From the NCBI GenBank assembly GCA_051294375.1, contig CM119267.1, positions 18,454,992-18,518,991 of the forward strand: a stretch of DNA of 64,000 nt, read 5' to 3'. A program made the translations under genes and the position numbers. This DNA comes from Paraspadella gotoi (lineage: Eukaryota > Animalia > Chaetognatha). Under the pieces are notes generated by a model. That model was given only the letters and a program-made list of their open reading frames with translations. It was not told the origin of the DNA and ran no database searches. Positions 14,101 through 26,100 of this stretch are shown one piece after another (the first letter of the stretch is position 1; every line of letters starts with the position of its first letter).

Positions 14101-14485
14101 GGGTTCAAACCCTGGGTATCCAAGTTCTGGCATAAATGTGACGGGACCGGCTTAAACATGCCAGTGACAAGAGGCGATAACTGAGATTCCGCATCCCCTA
14201 TTCCGATTGGTGAGATACCCCGCGCCACAAGTAACACCGTTACTATAAATTATTAATTTTTTACCTACCCATACCCAGTTTTACACACCTTAGCTCGTTG
14301 GTTGACTCGTTCAAAATATCGTGTTTCTCCCCTTCCTCGAAGATGCCCTTGTCCATGAGCAGGGGCAGCACCGACTCCAGATCCAACTCCCGCAAGATCG
14401 AATCGCGGTGCTTAGCGAGGAGACGCTCGACGTGGCCGACCGGCGGTCCAGAGGCCAGAGACGCCATGGACGAGACGGAAGTCAT
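5127..14485 (-). CDS. TJP1: ZO-1/Polychaetoid tight-junction MAGUK: CARD, coiled coil, 3 PDZ, SH3, GUK, Pro-rich region, ZU5 (multi-exon)
   Basis: PDZ1 [29 protein letters not shown]; PDZ3 [16 protein letters not shown]; SH3 [34 protein letters not shown]; [37 protein letters not shown]5 exons [14 protein letters not shown] (~6700), [25 protein letters not shown] (5553-5730) and [17 protein letters not shown] (5127-5297). Confidence 0.93.
9297..9946. mobile_element. TA-flanked MITE (Tc1/mariner-type ends) in a ZO-1 intron
   Basis: Ends AGAAGGATTCATATTATAAAAT / ATTTTATAATTTGAAGCCTTCTG with TA on both sides. The internal ~600 bp is colinear with 30066-30654. Confidence 0.8.
14095..14204 (+). 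ncRNA. decayed family 3: B-box plus type-P5 twister-like motif in ZO-1 intron 1
   Basis: B-box GGTTCAAACCC (14102-14112); GGCAT-AA-ATGT-GA-CGG-GACCGGCT-TAA-ACAT-GC-CAGT..ACTG-AGAT-TCCGCATC-CCCT-ATTCC. P2 ACAT/ATGT and pseudoknot CCG/CGG are perfect; P4 and loop AAGC are mutated. Confidence 0.5.
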
Positions 14486-16538
14486 TGCGAGAGGAATAGT
14501 AGAGGATAATAATTAGGGATGATATTTAAAATTGTAAACAAAAACAAAACAAACGATCGGCGACGTTAGGATGAGAAAGAAACTTGATCCACATTAAAAA
14601 CGAAAGGCACGTGAGGTGATTTGAAGGCGAGTCGAGATTTTTTTTTCTCATCTGCAGAAATCGCCTTCTGTATCACAGGTTTGTTTTTTTTTTTTTGTTT
14701 TTTTTTTCGTTTGCACGTTTACAGCTTTGGTTTTTGATCAGCGAGCATTAAAGTATTTTTAGAGTTAAATTTAATCCGTGCGAGGAGCGCGACGACGGCG
14801 CTTCGACGCCACTGTAGGCGGCGCCGACGAGCGTCGCCCGCTCGCCACGTCATTTTTTTATATTAACGCGGAAGTTTCATTAGCGTAAACAAATGACCTA
14901 AAGGTAATCATGAATAATCTTTTCAAAACATATCTAGACGATCTTTAACTACTAAAAAAAAAAATCACAAAAGAAGTTTCCTGATAATTCACTTAAGTAG
15001 GTATTGCAGCACTAATATAGTCAACAGAGAAGATAAAAAGATTTGCTTGACCGAAACAAACATTTTTAAATGAAAAAGGGCTATGAAAAATTTAGTACTG
15101 GACTTGGAAAACGAAAATTATTTTTTATCCCGTCAAGCAATTAATTAACATAATAAAAATTAACAAAGTCTTCAAGAATATCTTACAACCAGACAAAAAG
15201 GACAATATGTTGAAATCGAAACAAAACGTTTAGAATATCTATGCTAGTCATTGAAAAGCACCATCATTTCATAAACAATATTTTGCCTTGTTTGTCCGGA
15301 ATAAAGATACTAACCCAAAGACCACTGGAAGCATGAGAACAGTTCTTTTTAATCTTTTCTTTAAATTTTCTTTTCTCTTGTAATTGGCACGGATTCACTG
15401 CATAAAAAACTCATTTAGTCAAACTTGTGTAATTAAAAAATCACTAAATAACGAAATGCAGTGAAAAGAACATGAGACAACAAGGATAGCTGGTAAAATC
15501 TGGACATCGGTTATAAAGAGGTTTTTGACGTATTATGGTGTTGTATACTGTGGTTACACACATTTAAACAGAAGCTTGTTTGATACTATTTAATGTACAC
15601 ACATTATACCAGTTGTTTAATTTTAACTTTTTTTGTTTTGAGGCACTAAATTTAAAATCAATAAGTGGGGGAAAAAAATTTAATTTGCTTAACATGATTG
15701 TGGATATGAGGTTGACCCAGTGTATACAAAAAAAATTGCCATCTTATGTTTTGACGAGAGAAGGTAGCTCAAAAAATACTAGATTTAAAACATCAAGATA
15801 AATAAAAGTAAAGAAAAAATGTCGATAAAATATATGTAAAAATTTGACGGTTCGAAATTTTAAAAAATGTACGTTTCTTGAAGAAAAAAAAGGTGGAACA
15901 CTCATTTTTGAAGCAGTCGATAAAAGAGACAAAAATATGCGCCAAGCTAATTTTTATAAAACTTGATATAAAACATTCATTTCTTTCTTTAAAACCGCTC
16001 CTCGAAGCGAGTGCGAAATAAAATCGACCCAGTCGTTCTCGCAGATTACATTAAACGGACTGGTCGAACAACGTCAACGGGGGTTTGTGATTGTAAGTAA
16101 AACAAATAATTTTTTTCTACAGACTAGAATACGATTTTTTTTCTGCCAAACTAAACGCCGCGATTTGAACTGTCGAACACTGGAAATCCATTGCAAACTA
16201 TATACGTGTTGAAGTACGGGACCAAAGATTGGGCCAAGTTCAAATCGCTTTCAAACTACCTGAAGAAAACAGAGCGCGTGGGAAAAATAGCAAAAAACGT
16301 TGCTATGTGAAAAATGGACTCGATTGCTTAAATTACGCGCAGAAACAAACGGAGAAGAATTTTTTTTTCTAACCGCCAGTTTGCGTAACGAAATATTTTT
16401 AACGTTTTCAATCTTGAACTTAAAGAAAAGAAAACTGAAAAGCAACGGGAGCGAGAGAAAAAAAAGATGTTTAATTGAATTTCTTCCCTCATCTCACAGC
16501 TGCTTTTTTTTTTCTTCGGTGAGAAGCGAAGGGGTCAC

Positions 16539-19245
16539 TCACTTCTTGGCGGGTCGGACCCAGGTAGCAGCGGGTTTCTCATTCGGAACGGGACCGCCGT
16601 TACGGGCCCCAAAGCTGGGAAATTCCTTGTTGGAAGTTAAATCCAACGGTTTGCTGCTTTTCCCCGTTTTAGGCTTTGTTCCGACATCGTCCTGGGAGAG
16701 AAAAAAAAATTAGTATTGGCAAAAAATATAATTTTAGTCATTTTCATATCCGTTGTTGAAGAACGCTTACTAAAAAATACTAAAATATTCTTCAAAATTT
16801 TTGGTTATTATTTATGCTGATGAAGGCATGAAGTAAACAAGCCGAAACATGTCCAACTATAAATTAAAAATCGTTGTTACAAATTCAAAATTCTTTTCTT
16901 TCTCTAAGGTTATTATTTAATATTGAACCATTAGTAAAAAAAATAAAAAAATAATCAATTATCAATTACAGTATTTTCTTTGATTTTCTTATCAAAAAGC
17001 AAACTTTCTCAGACTTTTATTTTTCTTCGATCTTCATTATTTTAACCGTGCCCAGGGAGCAGCTGCCGTACAGCCTCTGCTGCGTTTCGTAACGCGAAAC
17101 AAAAGCAGCTTTAAGTCATTAACAATTCTCCAGGCCTCCGGTGCCTAATCCAACTAAGAAGAAATAATCGCAGGTCAGCGAAAACAGAATATTAATTAAC
17201 CAGGGAATTGGCGATTTAGAATAAGATTTTCTTCGAAAAGATGAATGCCGTTAGTTAAAAATATATACATAGTATGCACCTAAGCCCATTTGTAGATTAA
17301 TCGGAGTTCTCCAAGAGTTTTTTGGAAACTCTTGGACTTTGAGACTGAGTCTCTATAATTAGGGGGAGACTAACTCAATAAGGTGGTTAAGAAATTGAAT
17401 TAAGCACCTACTCAAACGAAAATTTAGACATTTAAAAAAAAATTTGAATAGACAAAATTTTTTTATATTACTCCATACTCCATATATTAATTTTTTAATA
17501 TTTATTTATAAATAGGAAAGGCTAAAAATTTTTTTTGGATTTTTTTATTTTTAAGATCAGGTTCAGGTAGCTTGCAAAAAGTTGTCTACACAAAGTATTC
17601 TTTTTTCGATATTTTGATCATAAGTAGGTGAAAAATATGAAAAACTATTTATAATCATCATCATCATCATTTTTTGATAATTTTATTATTTTTTCTTAAT
17701 TTTGACCAAGAAAACATAAATATTTTCGAAAGTTGTAGTTAAATTTTTTATTTAACTTTTTATGCTCTATCAGAATCCATCAAAAAAGTTAAGATTGATT
17801 AAAAATTTGTTTTATCATTATATAGTAATATTGTAATTTTAATAGCAACAATAAAAGCATTAAAATCGAACTTTTTTAAAAAATATTTTTTTACCTAAAA
17901 GTAGACTTCAAGACTAAAGTTTTGAACCCCCGCCCCTATTGAATTTAATTTCATAGTAGATTTCTACTATAATAGATTTTTTTTTTAGATGAAAAGTGTT
18001 CAAAAGCAGACTAAAAAAGTTTTTCTGATATAGCGTTTCTTCAATATAAAATCGTTTGCGGTTCAACTTTTTTTAAAACCTCACCCCATTCTTGGGCCGG
18101 CTTGGGACCTCCGATTCGGCGCCGGCGCCGGCGGACGGAGAGCCTTCGCGCTCCCACGGCGCGTTGCGGACACGATACTCCGGAGGAGCATCACGAGAGG
18201 ACCCGTCGGCTCCCTTGCGCGAGGGAGGCTGCAGGTACACCTAAAATTCGGAGGACAGAATATTTACGTAAATATTGGTTGTACCAATTTCTTAAATAAA
18301 AAATCTTAAAAGTATAGTGATCTCGCAAGACGTTACTATCAAAGATTGATGCAATAACGAATTATTGATGTAATAGTAATTGATTAATATAATAATAATT
18401 AATAAATTATTATTATAATAATAGTTGATTGATTTAATAATAATTAATTGATTTAATAATAATTGATTGATTTAATAATAATTGATTGATTTAATAATAA
18501 TTGATTGATGTAATAATAATTGCTTATTGTTGCGATGATAACTAATTATTAATGCGATGATAACCAATTATTGATGCAATGATAACCAATTATTGATGCG
18601 ATGATAACCAATTATTGATGCGATGATAACCAATTATTGATGCGATGATAACCAAATGATAGAAGCGATGATAACCAAATGATAGAAGCGATGATAACCA
18701 AATGATGGATGCAATAATAATCATTTGATGCGATGAGTCATTTATCGTAAAATAAAACAAATGCGTGTATGAATGTGAAAGAAAAATCTTAAAAGCATAA
18801 GGATCAAGCCATGATGATAGTCATTCATTGATGCGATGATAGTCACTTCGATGTTCATATCGTAAATAAAACAAACAAATGCGTGTATGAGTGAAAGAGA
18901 GAGAGAGAGAGAGAGAGGCTGGACAGTTTTCCCGCCAACGAAACGCAATCAGAATTTTTAGGGAAAATCTTAAAAGCAATAGGGATCGAGCCAGCTTTCG
19001 ATGTAACCAAATATTAATGCGATGATAACTAAATATGATGCGATGATAACAAATAATTGATGCGATGATAATATAAATAACTGATGTGATGATAATCAAA
19101 TGATTGATGCGATGATAGTCATTCATTGATGTAGATGATAATCATTCATTGATATGATGATAATCATTCATTGATGCGATGATAGTCATTCATTGACGCG
19201 ATGAGTCATTCATCGTAAATAAAACTAACAAATGCGTGTATGAAT

Positions 19246-19291
<46 letters not shown>

Positions 19292-20159
19292 AGAGAGGCT
19301 GGTCAGTTTTCACTCTCGTTTATATAAAGAATATCAAAATTTTTAGAAAAAAATTCACGAAAATCTCGGATGTAAATTTGGGATTTTGTATTGAGAAAAA
19401 AGCGCGGAATAAATAGAAAAAAAAAGAGAGAGAGAGAGAGGAGAGAAGAGAGAGAGAGAAAAGATGGAGAGAAGCTGGAGACGCCCTGCGAGCTGAACTC
19501 GTTTTTCGACGTATCTTAGTAGGGACGAACTCTTTTCCTTTCTAATATTTTTTTTACTATCAAAAAAACTTTATGTCCTCATCTAAAAAAAGTTTTAATC
19601 TTGAATGAAATTTTAGATTGTTCTTTTTTTTTTAAGAAGAAACCAGACCGAGGTCAAATTTCATATTTGCATATTTAACTAATTTATAAATATTTATCCC
19701 AACTCAAATAATTATTATTTTAAAAAAGAATAAAAATGATTAATATATACACTAAAAAAAATTTACAATTTTCAAATTTAAAAATTGTTAGAATAACAAA
19801 AAAAGTAATGTTTAATTTGACAATATCTCTCTTCTCAACTCCTATTTTAGATATAATTTTGCCAATAGTGGGCCGACCGGTCCAAAGTTACAGTAATAAA
19901 CAAAAACAAAAAAAATTTTTTTGTTAGAAAGTTATATATGCAATTAAATTAATCGCGGCAATTGCGGACATATAGCCTATATGTACAGCAGCAAGCTGAT
20001 GTACATGTGACATTGCCTGCATTTTTTTCTAAAATGAATCCATGAAAATCTCGGATGTAAATTTGGTATTTTGTATAGAGAAAAAAAAATAAATGGCGAT
20101 ATAAAAGTTTTTAGAAGGAAAAATATAATAATTTTTCAAAAAACGAAGGATCGTACATT

Positions 20160-20233
<74 letters not shown>

Positions 20234-20453
20234 ACTGAACAGAGCCGGAACTCGTTTACTCGTTTACTCTCGTCGCCTGGTGAAAAAAAAAGTGACTAAA
20301 AAAATTTTAAAAAAAAAAAAAAAAAAAAGAGGAGAGATAGAGAGAGGCCGGAACTCGTTTAATAGACGGAGGTGAAAAAAAAGGTGACTAAAAATTATTT
20401 TTTGTACAAAAAAAAGAGATAGAAAGAGGAGAAAGAGAGAGAGAGACAGATAG

Positions 20454-20488
<35 letters not shown>

Positions 20489-20542
20489 AGGCCGAACTCG
20501 TTTACTCGTTTACAAGTGAATAATTTTTTTTTTGTAAAAAAA

Positions 20543-20595
<53 letters not shown>

Positions 20596-20955
20596 AGTTT
20601 TCCGCCAACGATACGCAATATTAGGTCACTCTTGTTTATATCGGCGTGATCTCGGTCAAGTTGATTTTTTTTATACACGTAACGTTTCCGTTGCCATCAA
20701 AACGCGTTATTAGGTCATGTTCCTCGACATTGTTTACTCGTTGCCCCGCAACGGCCACGAAATCCAGGTCAAGTAAGTTATTCTTCACATTTTCTCAAAA
20801 AAATCCACGAAAATCTCAGATGTAAATTTGGGATTTTGTATTGAGAAAGAAGCGCGGAATAAATGGCGATAATAAAAGTTTTTAGAAGGAAAGAAATAAT
20901 AAGAATTTTTCAAAAACGGTGGTAAAACAAAGTGAATATTTTTTTTTTTTGTAAA

Positions 20956-20993
<38 letters not shown>

Positions 20994-21421
20994 GGAGGGA
21001 GACGGAGGGAGAGAGAGAGAGAGAGCCTGAACTCGTTTTTTTTAAACGATTCAGAAAAGGCCGCGCCTGATCAAATATATATGTTTTTTAGAAAGAAAAA
21101 AATAATCAGAATTTTTCAAAAAACGAACGATCAGGCAAGAGATCGCACACAAAGAGAGACAGAGAGAAACTGAACTCGTTTTTAAACGATTCAGAAAAGG
21201 CAGCGCCCTAAAAAAAATATATAATTAAAAAATAAATAAAAGAAAGGCAAAAATGTTACAATGGTTTACAATTAGAACTTTTCCAATTTTTTCCAATCGC
21301 AGCTTGTAAAAGATTTTATTTTTATTTGTATTAAAATTAAGATATAGCTTCTCATTAAAAAAAAGTGCACAGCCAAACTATAAAAGCGTAGTAGTTTTTT
21401 ATTTAAAAAACAGCGTGACGC

Positions 21422-21452
<31 letters not shown>

Positions 21453-23092
21453 TACGTCACAAAGAAGCTCACCCGAATCAATATCAAGCTGAACCGGCTT
21501 CGCCGGTCATGGCTTGATAAAAAGCTGCAGAGCTGGACTCATTTATATATAAAAATTATTTTATAAATAAAACAAACAAATGGGTGTAACAATATGAAAC
21601 ATGTGAATCTAAAAGATCTTGCTGATTAAAAGCTATATCTAAAATTTTAACTTCCTATAGTTACACACTTTTACAATTTCTAATAGTAAAAAACCGCGAT
21701 AAAAATAACGACGGTCTAAAAGAAGCAGAAGCGAACCAAATCACGCCAAGTTGGGCTTTAGCCCTTCTGGCGAGATAAAAAACAAACTTTAATCTCGGTA
21801 TACCGAAGATTGTAAAAAGAATGTCGTAATGAGAGAGGGGCTCTGATCTTTATTGACCTGATCAGCGATGTCCTGGAGGTACTCTTCTTCCAAATTGAGG
21901 AGGTGGTCTCGGCAATCGAGGGCGTCCTCTTCCTTGCCGGAGATGGCAACCTTGTTACGGTTCATCTGACCGGACTCATCCTGAACCCCGAAACGAATGT
22001 CCACCTGAAACGGAAAAATAAAATTTGACAATAAAATAGAATATCACGAAACAAATAACAATAACAATAACAATAACAATAACAACAGTAACATTGTTAC
22101 CTTAAAATCCTCCATGATTTTCTTGACGATCCTTCCCTTCCCGCCGATGATACGGGGATGAATCCTCGAGTCGACATCGACGGTGATTTCGGTCAATGAC
22201 TCCAACTCCGCGACTCGCTTCTCGATATCCGCCTTCGCCGCTTCCGCGTTCGCCGTATAGCCTGGACAATGTTTTGAAAATAAAAAAATCTTAAAAGCAT
22301 AATGATCATCGCAATCGGATAAGAAAAATCTGGATTGACGACAAATTTTGATACTAAAAAAAAATTAAATTTGAGAAAAGAAAATTAATTTATAAATAAA
22401 AAGAAGAAACGAATAAATATAAAGAAAGAATAGAAAGGAAAGAAAGAATAGAAAAGAAAGAAAAAATAGAAAGGAAAGAAAGAATAGAAAGGAAAGAAAG
22501 AATAAAAATGAAAGAAAGAATAGAAAGGAAAGAAAAAATAGAAAGGAAAGAAAGAAAAATAATAATAAAGAGAGAGTGACGAGAAGAAAGAACGAAATAA
22601 AAACCCGATATTGCGATAGCAAAATGATAACATGCGCAAATGTGATGCTTAATTTTACGAGTTCAATCCTAATTCAATTTTTTTTAAATAAAAACGCAGA
22701 GAGAGAAAGAATCAGCAAACGAATCAGCGGACGAATCAGCAAAGCAGCAGGAGAAAAGAGAGAAAAAGAAAGAAAGCCCCTGCAGAGCCCAAGGAATCAG
22801 CGACTGGAGAAAAGAGAGAGCTACATATAATTAAAAGAGAAAAGAGAGAAAGAAGGAGACATAAAAATAGAGGAAATTTGTTTGTTTTTATATATTTAAT
22901 AACTGCCCTCACCCAATTTCAAGGACCTCGATGATGAGAAGCTGTATATAAGTTTTCAGCTTCATACACCCAAATTTAATCATCAAAAAGGCGATCGATA
23001 AGTTGGAACGCCGACGATAACAACGACGACGACTACGCCACTTATGCGCAAAAGCGTTACGAGATCGTCGCAAACGCAAAGCGATTGTAACG

Positions 23093-23138
<46 letters not shown>

Positions 23139-26100
23139 TGAAAGAAGCTGAGCGAAAGAACGAAGGAATAAATATCTAGAAGCCCCCATTACCGGTAATG
23201 GTGATGATGTCTTGGTTTTCAGAGCCCTTGTGTGGGAACTGAATCATTACGTCGTGAATCTTTCTGATCTGATTGATGATGGTTCCTTGGCGCCCAATGA
23301 TTTTCGGGTGGTATTTTGGCGGCACCGAAAGGGTCACCTATCCCGAGAAATACAAAATTAAGCCATGCCATCAGTTTACATTCTCGTCGTCGCGAAACTC
23401 CTCACCTGTTGATTCCTGGCCTCCCTGTCTTCTTTCTCTTTGTTGAAATCCTCCACCCTTTCCAGCAGCCCGGTTTTGGCCCGCTCCACGTTGGCCGGGG
23501 GACCGGTGATGGTGATGAGGTCACTGTTCTCCCCGGGCGGCGGAACGGTGATGTTGACTCCGAAATCATTCATCAGATTGCGCACAGTTTCTCCCCGCTT
23601 GCCGATGATGTTTCGGTGGAACTCCATCGGAATCTGCAAGGAAAGGTTTTTTAGTTTTTTAATATGTATTATATGTATTATATAATATGTATAAACTATA
23701 AAGTGTAACAATCATATACTTAAAGAATCATCAACCTACCTGAACCTTATCCATTATCGGAACCAAAGCCATGAGAGCCGCGTGGGCGGCGTCACATTTT
23801 TCTTGTGGCCCTGAACAGTCAAGAATATGCAGAATTGCATAGCTGAATAGTGTAATTAACGATAGACGTCTGCAATATTGAGTTTTGAAAACGATCTACC
23901 AGTAATAGTGATGGCGGATTCCACAGGGCCTGTTCCCCCCTCGGCGTTTTTGTCGGCTTCGTTGTTATTCATCTTTCCGTTGGGCATCTGTCAAATAACT
24001 TAAAGATATAAACAAAAGTTTCGTTACGTCAATTTCCCTCGTTTGAAAACGCACCTCAGTCTCCGCCCGATCGGGAAACTTTATCTGCACTCCGTACTCT
24101 TCCGTGATCGACTGGACCCTGGAGCCTTTAGGACCCATAATGATGCGGTGGTATTTTTGCGGGATCACACAGTTAACGGTGACCTGAAAGCGAAAGTAAA
24201 TTAGATTTCGAATTATTGTTTATGAATAAAACTCAAAGCTCACCTGAGCATCTAACTCTGCGACCATGTCGAGGATTTTCGCTTTGGCTCCGTGTACACA
24301 CTCCTTGGGGCCCTTGATCGTGACCACGGGCGAATCGACGCCGGGGCGAGGAAAGCTCACCATCACCCCGCCAAACTCTTCCGCTAAATCCTGATTATTT
24401 GAAAATCAAAATTGTGGTAATTAGCTAGGATTTATCTGTACATGGTCAATATTTTAACAACCATCAATCGCAACTATAGACGCCCCGCACCTTAAGAATC
24501 TGCCCCCTTCGGGCGACGAAGTGACGGTGGTATTTAGGATTAACGTCGAAGCATATCTGATCGACGGCCATGAGCTCCTCGATGATGGCCTTCAACTCTC
24601 CCAAGGCCCGTTTCGTGTCATCCTTCTTTCCAATCAAAGTGATCGTTTCCTGCTCTTTGTCTTGTGGACCTTAAAAAAAAGAAGTCAATTGGAGTGGACG
24701 GAATCTAGCGACAGGCGTCTTCCTTAACGTTGGAACTTGAAAACTGTTGAAAGCACCTGGAAAGACGACCCTCACGTTGTGCTGCTCACGAATTTTAGCA
24801 ATGTTTCCACCCTTGCGTCCGATGAGAAACTTGTGGAACTTAATGTCGGCCTTGAGCTCTTCACAATGACTGAGAAAAAGTGTTGAGATGGTTAAATTAA
24901 AGAACTTACTTCTACAACCGACAGATTTTAATGAAAATTACCCATTAATTTGCCTTTCCGAGGCAAGATCCAGAAGCTGCTTTTTGGCCTTGGCGACGTC
25001 CTCGGCTGCCCCACGAATGGTCACTTTATCTGTCAGGAAAAAAAAATCATTACTCACAATTGCAAATCAAAAAGAAAAGAATTTCTCAGAAATAAATCCG
25101 TTTATATCGCGTTAGGTCGACCCACCCGAGTTCGATCCCTCCGGTGGGAAAGAGACGGTAACACCCCCGCAATCTTCCATAATGGAGCGAATGAGTTTCC
25201 CCTTGGCGCCGATGATGGAATTGTGAAACCGGGACGGAATCAGGATGATGTCCTCTTTCACGTTGACCAATTCTTTCTGGATGGCCAGGATCATTTGCTT
25301 AGCCTTTTCGACGTTGTCCTTTCTGATAAGAGAAATATAAAAATAATTATAAAAACGAACCAAATGTGAACTAGGGGAGAAGTCATTTTCCGACCTTCCG
25401 GTAATAATTATGAGTTCCGACTCGGTCGCTTCGGACGGAAGATCGATGCGCGTGTCCGTCTCGTCCTTGATCTTACGCACGTTCACGCCGCCCTTGCCGA
25501 TCACGTTCTTGTGAAACCTTTTCAAAATCGGCACCTTTTCCTAAAACAAGGAGTAGAAAATGTTATCAAAAATGCGAAGTAAATTATTTGAGTTAAAAAT
25601 CATACCTGATAGTTATTCTCTACGAGTTCTTTGTTAAGATTATTAAGGTACGCGGCGACGGCGTTGACGTCTTCGCGGGGACCGCGGACCGTCACCACAT
25701 TTGACTGCCTCGACGCTTCCGGGAAAGTGATTTGAACCTGAGTACAAAACAGTGCGATGCTATCTCTTAACTTCCCCTCCAATCAGCATAACTCGTTTCC
25801 ACTCACTTGGTTGTATTTTTCTCGGATCTCACGAATTCGGTCACCCTTGGTCCCGATGATCGTGCGATGGAATCGATGTTCGATGTTAATCTCTTTGGTA
25901 ATTTCATTCTCCATCGTTGCCACCATTTCCTTGGCAGGTAAAAAAAAAAGAAAAAAAAAGAAAAAAGAAAGGCTCAGAAAGGGAGAAAAATAACTGTATC
26001 CGCGCTTAAGTTAAGAAGCAAATTTCCCTCAGATCTCATAATGAATAGCGCTCTTCGGGTCGTCGCGTCAAGAGACGAGAAACCGAACTCCAGTCGAGTC

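Noticed and set aside
18098-18108. GGTCCCAAGCC twister loop word on the minus strand
   Set aside because: Inside a vigilin coding exon (EVPSR), with no P4 stem, UAA or GAGGG partner; coincidental.
18420-18720. Regularly spaced repeats as a CRISPR-like array
   Set aside because: Tandem minisatellite with no unique spacers, inside a HINE-like element in a eukaryotic intron.
24945-24960. Possible GC-AG donor in vigilin
   Set aside because: Reading on to a GT donor 12 nt later (ERQING/HCEE) keeps the frame and matches the expected length.
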